Shown here piece by piece: positions 17,363 through 24,987 of a stretch of DNA of 64,000 bases. The number at the start of each line of letters is the position of its first letter. The stretch's first letter is position 1. Both the position numbers and the translations under genes were made by a program. The notes below the pieces were generated by a model. That model was not told where the DNA came from. It saw only the letters and a list, made by a program, of their open reading frames with translations, and made no database searches. This DNA is from a virus (Duplodnaviria > Caudoviricetes): the IMG/VR virus record IMGVR_UViG_3300009183_004565. One strand, given 5' to 3'.

Positions 17363-18607
17363 ATGCGTTTAATTCCATCATTAGTAGTGGCACTCGCTGC
17401 GGCCTGTGTTACCTCTGTTGCATTGGCCGATAGACCTTTGCAACCAATCGTAGAAGTATCAAAGAAAGGTACAAAGTGTAAGCAAGATCCCAACTGTTTT
17501 AATCGGTTGAGTCCTGCTATCAAGCCTGTTGCCAAGGCCAAACCAGGCGAGTTAATTAGAGTCCAAACAAGGGATGCGGTGGATGCCGAACTAGACATCA
17601 ATGCAAAACCCAAAGATGTTACCGCAATTGACCTAAGTTTAGTACACCCAATGACTGGTCCAATTTATATCGAAGGCGCAAAGCGCGGTGATGTATTGGC
17701 AGTTAAGATTGTAGACGTTGAGCCAGAAAAACACGGCTGGACCACAATCATTCCAGGATTCAACTTCCTGAGTGACATGTTCCCAGAGCCGTACATTGCC
17801 AACTGGCGTTTGAATCGCCTTGAGGCAGTGAGCGAGCAAATTCCTGGTGTACGTATTCCTATGCGAGCATTTACAGGTATCATTGGTGTTATGCCTGGTG
17901 AACCAGAAATTGATAAATGGTTGGCTCGTGAAACTCAATTGGCAGATGCCGGCGGCGCAGCATTAAAACCATTACCAAGTGGAGCTCACCCTGCTAACAT
18001 TTGCGGACCTAACGGTTCACACAAAGACAAGTGCTTGAGATCTGTACCACCACGTGAAAACGGCGGTAACATGGATGTCAAACAGATGGTTGTCGGAACT
18101 ACTTTACTCTTTCCATGTTTTGTAGATGGATGCGGACTGTACATCGGTGACGTACACTATGCACAAGGCGATGGCGAAGTAGCAGGTACTGCAATCGAAA
18201 TGAATGGTGTTGTTACTGTTGAAACCAGTATTCGTAAGGGTGGTGCTGCTACACTTAAATCGATTCAATTCGAAGGCGGTTCGCAGTTGAAGGCATTGGA
18301 ACCAGATGCTTTCCATGCTACCATTGGATTCCCACTTAAGAATGCCGGCGAAATCCCACCACACTTGACTTACTTAGACAGCAAGAAAATTGGTCCTCTT
18401 ACCAATCTGTCACAAGACTTGACTCAAGCAGCACGTAGCAGTTTGATTCAAATGATTGATTGGCTACAACAAACCAAAGGTCTAACCAAAGAACAGGCCT
18501 ATGTTGTAACCAGCGTTGCTTGCGATCTGCGTATCAGCAATGTAGTTGACGTACCAAACTATGCTGTGACCACGATCTGCCCGTTGGAAATTTTTGAATC
18601 CAAGTAA
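17363..18607 (+). CDS. acetamidase/formamidase family protein with signal peptide
   Basis: HPMTGPIYIEGAKRGD, PPRENGGNMD, GDVHYAQGDGEV, DLRISNVVDVPN; N-terminal signal-like sequence. Confidence 0.9.
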   Translation: MRLIPSLVVALAAACVTSVALADRPLQPIVEVSKKGTKCKQDPNCFNRLSPAIKPVAKAKPGELIRVQTRDAVDAELDINAKPKDVTAIDLSLVHPMTGPIYIEGAKRGDVLAVKIVDVEPEKHGWTTIIPGFNFLSDMFPEPYIANWRLNRLEAVSEQIPGVRIPMRAFTGIIGVMPGEPEIDKWLARETQLADAGGAALKPLPSGAHPANICGPNGSHKDKCLRSVPPRENGGNMDVKQMVVGTTLLFPCFVDGCGLYIGDVHYAQGDGEVAGTAIEMNGVVTVETSIRKGGAATLKSIQFEGGSQLKALEPDAFHATIGFPLKNAGEIPPHLTYLDSKKIGPLTNLSQDLTQAARSSLIQMIDWLQQTKGLTKEQAYVVTSVACDLRISNVVDVPNYAVTTICPLEIFESK

Positions 18608-18662
18608 TTGATTGTCAACCACAAGGGAGGAAAATTTCCTCCTTTATTTTGTAGGAAAAATA

Positions 18663-19235
18663 ATGAAACTCACAAAATTGTTTATTGTTACCATGTTGGT
18701 AGCAAGTACTTCAGTCTCTGCACATACACCTTACGGACAATGGGATGTTTTTCGTAGTAGATTTTTACAGATAGTTACTTCTAAAAGTGACCTGCCCGGA
18801 GACACTATTGGCGAAGAATGGGCGTCTGATCTAAGAAGTAAACTGCCAGAGTCAAGAGCTTTGGTAAGTCGTGCCGGCAGTATGGAACATTTGGCCAGTT
18901 TGATTAAAACTGATCAAGCAAAGTTGGCAATCATTTCTTATGCCGATGCCAAAGCTATACAATCAGGCAAGCCGCCTTTTGCAGAATTTAATCCAATACC
19001 GTTACAAGTACTAGTTGACAACGGAACCCACTTACTAGTGGCAAGAGATAACTTGCCTTTATATCACGGTTATCTAATAACATCTGCTTTGATGCAAGAA
19101 CCAAATTGGTTACGTGTTAAAATTCCCTCTAATGGTAAATTTGGAATTCCATTACATCCTGGAGCAAAAGCAACTGCCGATGGAGAAAAGCTAGTTGCGC
19201 CTGTGGCCAAAGAGCAAACCGTACATAATCATTAA
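18663..19235 (+). CDS. exported protein, possibly periplasmic-binding-protein (TAXI-like) fold
   Basis: Signal peptide ending SVSA; C-terminal IPLHPGAK reminiscent of TAXI proteins. Confidence 0.55.
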   Translation: MKLTKLFIVTMLVASTSVSAHTPYGQWDVFRSRFLQIVTSKSDLPGDTIGEEWASDLRSKLPESRALVSRAGSMEHLASLIKTDQAKLAIISYADAKAIQSGKPPFAEFNPIPLQVLVDNGTHLLVARDNLPLYHGYLITSALMQEPNWLRVKIPSNGKFGIPLHPGAKATADGEKLVAPVAKEQTVHNH

Positions 19236-19237
19236 AA

Positions 19238-20449
19238 ATGTATAAACTAGAGCAAAACGACAAAATTGGCTATTACACCGTTGGCACAAAAAAGTTTTAT
19301 GCCAAGGTTGAAGCATTAATCGAAGCCACCAAAGTTAATCAATTTCCGCAGTGGCATTTTAATACTGATGTTTATGGTTCTATAAAATGGGATCATGATC
19401 CCCAAGTTTCATTGCGTGAACTATACAGGCTTAGAGCAGTACAATTACGAGAAAAATACGACTGGATCAGAATTGAAGCTTCCGGTGGTGGTGACAGTAC
19501 CACTGCACTATTGAGCTTTTTGAATAATGGCATTCATATAGACGAGGTAGTGTTTAGATATCCAAAGACAGGAGAAAAAAATGTACACGGAGATCCGTTT
19601 AATACCAAATGTGAAAATACATTGAGTGAATGGGATTTTGCAGCAAAACCTTTACTAAACTGGATCTCCACTCATCATCCTCGAGTAAAAATTACAGTGC
19701 ATGATTTCACTGACAGCATGGTCAATGCTTCATACGAGGAAGATTGGGTATTTAGATCAAAGGATTATTTTTTACCTAGTCATCCTTTTAAACACGATCC
19801 TGTTGGGTATGCAGATCACCGCAAAGATGCTGATGCGGGTAAAAAGATTGCAGTATTGTACGGAATAGACAAACCAAGAGTATGCGTTAAGGATAATAAA
19901 TGGTATGTTTATTTTATGGATCTACAGGCCAATCATTCAAATTCTGTAGTTAACGAGTACAATAACATTACCAACGAATATTTTTATTGGACTCCAGATT
20001 TACCAGAAATTGTACACAAACAAGCACACATGATTAAAAATTGGTTCATGTTGCCACAAAATCAATCGTTGCAACATCTAGTAAAGTGGCCCAATAACAG
20101 TATCGCAGCTCGTACTACATATGAACAAGTTGTTAAACCTATCTTGTATCCAGATTATGATCCAGCTACATTTCAAACCATAAAGCCAACAAATAGTTTT
20201 TACAATGAGATGGATTATTGGTTTTATGTAAATTTCAAAGAAACTCGAGCATATCAAATTTGGAAAGCAGGACTCAAATTCCTAGTAGATAATATTGACC
20301 AGAAATATATGTATAAAGAAATGGGAGAGCCAATGGGATTTGTGGGTTTTCTAAGTCCATTCTATTATCTAGGACCAGCTACTTATGTTGATACCGGGGT
20401 AAACAATTATGCTAGATTTGATCAACCACCAACAGAAAATATAACTTAA
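19238..20449 (+). CDS. PP-loop (adenine nucleotide alpha-hydrolase-like) protein
   Basis: SGGGDS motif, GIDKP motif. Confidence 0.6.
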   Translation: MYKLEQNDKIGYYTVGTKKFYAKVEALIEATKVNQFPQWHFNTDVYGSIKWDHDPQVSLRELYRLRAVQLREKYDWIRIEASGGGDSTTALLSFLNNGIHIDEVVFRYPKTGEKNVHGDPFNTKCENTLSEWDFAAKPLLNWISTHHPRVKITVHDFTDSMVNASYEEDWVFRSKDYFLPSHPFKHDPVGYADHRKDADAGKKIAVLYGIDKPRVCVKDNKWYVYFMDLQANHSNSVVNEYNNITNEYFYWTPDLPEIVHKQAHMIKNWFMLPQNQSLQHLVKWPNNSIAARTTYEQVVKPILYPDYDPATFQTIKPTNSFYNEMDYWFYVNFKETRAYQIWKAGLKFLVDNIDQKYMYKEMGEPMGFVGFLSPFYYLGPATYVDTGVNNYARFDQPPTENIT

Positions 20450-20493
20450 ATAACATTATTAGATAATAGTTTGTTATATAAGGAGTTCATAGC

Positions 20494-20721
20494 ATGACTA
20501 CAGATTGGATACGAAAACACGTTAAACCTAGTCTTGTAGCTAAGTATGAGCAAGAAATGACCAAGCTTCGTGGAGAACCAAGTAGTAGTAGACACATAGT
20601 AGAAAATATCAAAAAGTTAAACGAGGAATCAGACAAAATTGAAACTGATGAAGAGCGGCATGCTCGAGAATTAGCCGAGGACGAAGAAGATAACAGACGT
20701 TTTCATGAACGAAAAAAATAG
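20494..20721 (+). CDS. charged hypothetical protein
   Basis: AAGGAG RBS. Confidence 0.6.
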   Translation: MTTDWIRKHVKPSLVAKYEQEMTKLRGEPSSSRHIVENIKKLNEESDKIETDEERHARELAEDEEDNRRFHERKK

Positions 20722-20722
20722 C

Positions 20723-21382
20723 ATGAATGCCATTGTTGTAGGAGGGGGATCTAAGTTTGGCCAATTTGTTGTTGATAGTTTAAGGTCTTTAGATTATCAG
20801 GTTTACGTTCTGAGTCATCAAGATTACAACACTGGCGATCCTACACATTTAAGTGCTGATTTTAAAAATACCAATAGTGTTAAATCTCAATTTCAAAAAA
20901 TACTAGAACAAATTGACACGTTAGATTTATTTTTATACGTGTCAAATTTTGACTTTGGACCCGGAAAACCGGAACACTTTGGGTTATTAACTTCGACAGT
21001 TGAAAAAATGTGGTTTGACACAACTAGAGTAAACGTCGTACTACCGCATGAATTATCTTTACTGGCCTTACGAAAAACTCACAATGATAGTAAAATTGTC
21101 TTTATGGCATCAGGCTTGGCTTATGAATTTGAAAGAACTGACTACACTGAAATGGCTGCTTATGCAGGATCAAAAGCAGCACTAAATCATTTGATGACAG
21201 CATTATCTGCGCACAACAAAGAAATCATATGTGCTCTAAGTCCACACTTTCCGGCCGATGAAGAATTAAAAATTAAAGAATATCAATTTGCGTTTAATCG
21301 ATTGGTTTCATTGACTCGTGCCGATAAAGGTAAAATTATAAAACTATATCTTGAAAGCCCGCATAGGCTACAAAATCATTAA
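20723..21382 (+). CDS. short-chain dehydrogenase/reductase
   Basis: VVGGGSKFG Rossmann motif; YAGSK (YxxxK-like). Confidence 0.8.
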   Translation: MNAIVVGGGSKFGQFVVDSLRSLDYQVYVLSHQDYNTGDPTHLSADFKNTNSVKSQFQKILEQIDTLDLFLYVSNFDFGPGKPEHFGLLTSTVEKMWFDTTRVNVVLPHELSLLALRKTHNDSKIVFMASGLAYEFERTDYTEMAAYAGSKAALNHLMTALSAHNKEIICALSPHFPADEELKIKEYQFAFNRLVSLTRADKGKIIKLYLESPHRLQNH

Positions 21383-21425
21383 CAAACTAGCAACATTGTT
21401 GCTAAAGATGCAACAAAATAAATAG

Positions 21426-21454
21426 TTGACCATTAATCAGTATTTTGCTATACT
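21426..21454 (+). promoter_or_regulatory. sigma70-type promoter for the RNA cluster
   Basis: TTGACC-17-TATACT with no downstream ORF/RBS. Confidence 0.7.
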
Positions 21455-21536
21455 ATTGAAACTGTGTAAAACAACACAGCCCGTGCAGTAACAAAAACGT
21501 TCTATAACAATTTAGAAGTTTAATACAAAAAGACAA

Positions 21537-21607
21537 CGCATCAGGACCTAGTCCTTCTCTGCGACACAACACAAACGGCACACCAGGACTTGGCTCCTTC
21601 TCTGTGC
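21537..21607 (+). ncRNA. tandem duplicated hairpin motif (unknown RNA element)
   Basis: CGCA-TCAGGACCTAGTCCTTCTC-TGCG and GCACA-CCAGGACTTGGCTCCTTCTC-TGTGC. Confidence 0.45.
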
Positions 21608-21622
21608 AGTTTAAAAATTTTT

Positions 21623-21706
21623 GCCTGGGTGGTGTAATGGTAGCCACGCTGGTCTTAGAAGCCAGTGTCGAAAGACGTGCGAGTTCGAGTCTCGCCCCAG
21701 GCACCA
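21623..21706 (+). tRNA. tRNA-Leu(UAG)
   Basis: Cloverleaf, CTGGT-CT TAG AA-GCCAG, variable arm, encoded CCA. Confidence 0.95.
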
Positions 21707-21780
21707 TATTAAAACACATTTCGAACGGTGAAAGTCCGTCCCAAAGATTTATCTAGGATAGTGTGTTTCAATATGGTAGA

Positions 21781-22153
21781 GACACAAGGGAGTGGGTAGG
21801 CCCGCCGCGTTAGCACCACGTAAGGCATCCTTGTTATACTTAATGTTGGAGTAAGGACCAACCTACCAACCAAACGTTCCAGCGTCACTGGATACTCTGA
21901 CCCAGAGGATGAGAAGTGGTATGACAACCACGGGTGGTACCGTTCCAACCGAAAGTGCGCTGGCAATGCGAGAACGGACCCTGTTGTGGAGCGGGTGGAG
22001 GCCGTAGCAATACGGTATAATTACCGCCAGGGGTCGCAGAGCATTTAACTTGAGTTATGGCAAGAGGTCCATAAACGGGAGTGTAACCCGATGGATACAG
22101 AACATAAGTATTCAACGTGAATGAGCCTTGTTTGACCGTAGAGTTTAGGCAAG
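21781..22153 (+). ncRNA. large structured RNA of unknown family
   Basis: ORF-free on the sense strand, GC-richer, at least 10 helices including long-range pairings and a GCAA tetraloop; lies between tRNA-Leu and tRNA-Glu; ends approximate. Confidence 0.7.
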
Positions 22154-22216
22154 AAACACATAACGAAACGGCAGGCGTTAAACAGGATTACAATCGCCTA
22201 GGTAATCAATAATTAT

Positions 22217-22291
22217 GCACCGTTCGTCTATCGGTTAGGACACCCGCCTTTCACGCAGGTAAGAGGAGTTCGATTCTCCTACGGTGTACCA
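22217..22291 (+). tRNA. tRNA-Glu(UUC)
   Basis: Cloverleaf, loop CT TTC AC, one mismatch in the anticodon stem, CCA. Confidence 0.92.
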
Positions 22292-22300
22292 AGTTTTAAA

Positions 22301-22375
22301 GCGGGCGTAACTCAGAGGTAGAGTGTCAGCCTTCCAAGCTGTTCGTCGCAGGTTCGAATCCTGTCGCCCGCTCCA
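22301..22375 (+). tRNA. tRNA-Gly(UCC)
   Basis: Cloverleaf, loop CT TCC AA, CCA. Confidence 0.95.
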
Positions 22376-22384
22376 ATTTCCCAA

Positions 22385-22413
22385 TTGACCATAATTCCTT
22401 TTTATCATATAAT
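22385..22413 (+). promoter_or_regulatory. sigma70-type early promoter (cassette copy)
   Basis: TTGACC-17-TATAAT then AAGGAG and GTG. Confidence 0.8.
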
Positions 22414-22442
22414 ATGTGTAGTTCAATTACAAGGAGTTTTAC

Positions 22443-23678
22443 GTGGGTACAGCAATTTCAACAAAATCAATGAATGCAGTAAAAAATGCTTACATTGATT
22501 GGCGATTTGATCAACCCAACGATTTTAATTTACTAGGACAACCAGTTAACTCTTTGGCAGCAATAAAGCCCATGATTAACCAGATCAAGTCCGACGGATT
22601 TACGGGTATTGTTTTAAACACCAATGTGCCCATCGATCCCGAAACTGGTCGATTGACTCTTTATGATCCTGCTCCTGGTGCGTTTATTACTAATAAAAAT
22701 GTACCTGCGGACACTTGGGCTGTGATAAAACATGCTAAAAAAAGTGGTTTAGCTGTTACACTTAATCTTAATATTGTTGATTATAGAAATGATAAGGCAC
22801 TTACTGCTGACTCTGTAGGCAGTGGTTTTTCAACTGATACCTTTTTTAAAGATGTTGCCAGTTATGAAGCCATGCTTGCTGGTAAAGCTAAATCAAGTGG
22901 CGTTAATGTAATAGGTATTGGCGTGTGTCAATATGGGCTAGACACTGATGCATATAAAGAACAATGGCAAACTATTATTAATGCTATACGTAAAAATTAC
23001 TCAGGTAAACTGACATACTCATCCGGAGAATATAGTACTCCGGTCTGGTCTATGGTTGATATTGTTAGCACCGTAGGTTGGGATAATGTAGGCGGAGCAC
23101 TAGACAGAATGAACTCTTTAGCAGATACCTATCGTAAACCAGTATATATAGATAGTGTTACTGCTGGTGGTGGCGAAGGACAAGCAGCAAGGATTAGAGA
23201 TATAATAAAGGCGTCGATCATTGACCGTAAAGAAGATCTAGCCGGACTATCATTTCATGAATTTGCACCATGGCAACAATCCAACTGGATTGTAAACCCG
23301 CAAACAGAAAACGATAAACAATGGTTGGCCTCAAATAATTATTCAAATGACCTTTATAACAAAGAAGCAGCAAATGCGTTAACAAACTGGTTTAATTATT
23401 CTACAGCTCCTATCAACGGGTCAAAAAAGAATGATAGACTTAAAGTATATGCCGGAGATAAAACAGTAGATGGTGGCAAAGGCGTTGATACTGTAGTGGT
23501 ATTAAATAAAGCAAAGGACTGTCAATTGTCTTTTGACAGTCCGGGAAGTTTTACATTAGTAAACAACACAGAAGGTACTAACAAGTTACTTAACTGTGAA
23601 TATATCCAATTTATGGATACACGGGTTAGTTTAATTGGACGCCAAGACTATAGCCAATACGGTTGGACGTCATGGTAA
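22443..23678 (+). CDS. GH113-like TIM-barrel protein with C-terminal RTX-like repeat
   Basis: WQTIINAIRKNYSGKLTYS resembles GH113; VDGGKGVDTVV...EGTNKLLNCEYIQFMD resembles RTX/Ca-binding tails. Confidence 0.55.
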   Translation: MGTAISTKSMNAVKNAYIDWRFDQPNDFNLLGQPVNSLAAIKPMINQIKSDGFTGIVLNTNVPIDPETGRLTLYDPAPGAFITNKNVPADTWAVIKHAKKSGLAVTLNLNIVDYRNDKALTADSVGSGFSTDTFFKDVASYEAMLAGKAKSSGVNVIGIGVCQYGLDTDAYKEQWQTIINAIRKNYSGKLTYSSGEYSTPVWSMVDIVSTVGWDNVGGALDRMNSLADTYRKPVYIDSVTAGGGEGQAARIRDIIKASIIDRKEDLAGLSFHEFAPWQQSNWIVNPQTENDKQWLASNNYSNDLYNKEAANALTNWFNYSTAPINGSKKNDRLKVYAGDKTVDGGKGVDTVVVLNKAKDCQLSFDSPGSFTLVNNTEGTNKLLNCEYIQFMDTRVSLIGRQDYSQYGWTSW

Positions 23679-23711
23679 TTTAATTGCAATTTTAGCAACA
23701 TTATCTTTTGG

Positions 23712-23740
23712 TTGACCAAAAAGATCCATTTTGCTATAAT
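23712..23740 (+). promoter_or_regulatory. sigma70-type early promoter (cassette copy)
   Basis: TTGACC-17-TATAAT then AACAAGGAGCAGCAAAATG. Confidence 0.85.
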
Positions 23741-23771
23741 AGCAGTATAGTAATTAACAAGGAGCAGCAAA

Positions 23772-24095
23772 ATGAAGCTACTAATCACTACCCAAGTTTA
23801 CGAAAACTACGCATGGAACCAAGACGGTACTACCATTGGCACCGGCGATGCGGCTTACTGGAAAGCCAAGGGTGGTAACGATTATGTTATCAGCAATTTT
23901 GATCCCACTCGTTATGCGCCGGGTATAGTAGTTGAACTCGTTCGTTCCAAAGTTGAATCCAACAACGACTACTTTCGTGAACACATTTTGGATTGGTCTG
24001 TTGTAGAAGACGATTACCTTACCGAATTCGAGCGTAGTCAACTGGAGTACGAAGGTCGGATTACTTATCCGGCTCAAGAATTAGAATTAGCATAA
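23772..24095 (+). CDS. hypothetical early protein
   Basis: Cassette RBS. Confidence 0.75.
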   Translation: MKLLITTQVYENYAWNQDGTTIGTGDAAYWKAKGGNDYVISNFDPTRYAPGIVVELVRSKVESNNDYFREHILDWSVVEDDYLTEFERSQLEYEGRITYPAQELELA

Positions 24096-24111
24096 TTATA
24101 AGGAGAACAAA

Positions 24112-24675
24112 ATGCCAGCAGTATTTCTTGTAAGTGACACGCATTTTGGTCACGCTGGCGTTTGCCGCTTCTTGCGTAACGACGGTGTAACTAAACTGCG
24201 TCCTTGGGATAATCCTGAGGAAATGGACGAGTTTATGGTCAAGGCCTGGAACGAGCGTGTTCGGCCCAACGACAAAGTGTACCATCTTGGTGACGTTGTT
24301 ATCAACAGACGGGCACTTGCTACACTTGAACGTCTAAACGGTGACAAAGTTTTAATACGTGGTAACCACGATATCTTCCGTGACGACGAATATAGAAAGT
24401 ACTTCCGTGAACTACGTGCGTATCATGTCATGAACGGAATGATACTGAGCCATATTCCCATACACGAAGAAAGTCTGGGTCGCTTTGGTACCAACATACA
24501 CGGACATCTACATAGCAACAGAGTTATGAAAGATGGTGCAGTTGACGTTAGATACCATTGCGTCTGCGTAGAACAAACAGACTTTGCGCCCATCTTGTTT
24601 GAAGATGTTATCAAGCGTATCACGGCAGAAGGTGGTAGTATAGGCTTCAAAAACGGTAACGGCCCTACAATGTAA
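24112..24675 (+). CDS. calcineurin-like metallophosphoesterase
   Basis: SDTHFGH, HLGDV, GNHD, SHIP, HGHLH. Confidence 0.92.
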   Translation: MPAVFLVSDTHFGHAGVCRFLRNDGVTKLRPWDNPEEMDEFMVKAWNERVRPNDKVYHLGDVVINRRALATLERLNGDKVLIRGNHDIFRDDEYRKYFRELRAYHVMNGMILSHIPIHEESLGRFGTNIHGHLHSNRVMKDGAVDVRYHCVCVEQTDFAPILFEDVIKRITAEGGSIGFKNGNGPTM

Positions 24676-24715
24676 TTGTTGACAGGGCTGTTACTAACAT
24701 ATATACTAAGAACAT

Positions 24716-24807
24716 GGAGCGTTGGCCGAGGGGTCGAAGGCAGCGGTTTGCTAAACCGTCGTATTGAGTAATCAGTACCATTAGTTCGAATCTAATACGC
24801 TCCGCCA
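24716..24807 (+). tRNA. tRNA-Ser(GCU)
   Basis: Cloverleaf, GCGGT-TT GCT AA-ACCGT, long variable arm, CCA. Confidence 0.93.
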
Positions 24808-24825
24808 AGTTTACCAGGAGGCAAC

Positions 24826-24984
24826 ATGGGCGCCAGTGACGTTCTAAAAGCAGCATTAGAAAAAAAGAAACAACAAACAACCTCAGTAGCAAAATCTAAA
24901 AACAATACCGCAGGTAAAAATGCTGTAGGTAATCAAGTAACCAGTAATAAACCAACCAAGAAATCCTCGGGTCGAGGACGATAG
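24826..24984 (+). CDS. 52-aa basic peptide
   Basis: AGGAGG RBS; MGASDVLKAALEKKK...KKSSGRGR; absent from the ORF track. Confidence 0.65.
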   Translation: MGASDVLKAALEKKKQQTTSVAKSKNNTAGKNAVGNQVTSNKPTKKSSGRGR

Positions 24985-24987
24985 TAG

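Noticed and set aside
21722-22110. RNase P RNA interpretation of the structured region (GAAAGTCC at about 21730, ACAGAAC at about 22097)
   Set aside because: GAAAGTCC lies inside the tRNA-trailer hairpin, and the complementary P4 strand and other conserved regions could not be found; left to an Infernal search.
21453-22426. Minus-strand ORFs 21453-21719, 21709-21966, 21885-22115 and 22235-22426
   Set aside because: They are antisense to tRNAs and the structured RNA, and have no RBS or motifs; shadow ORFs.
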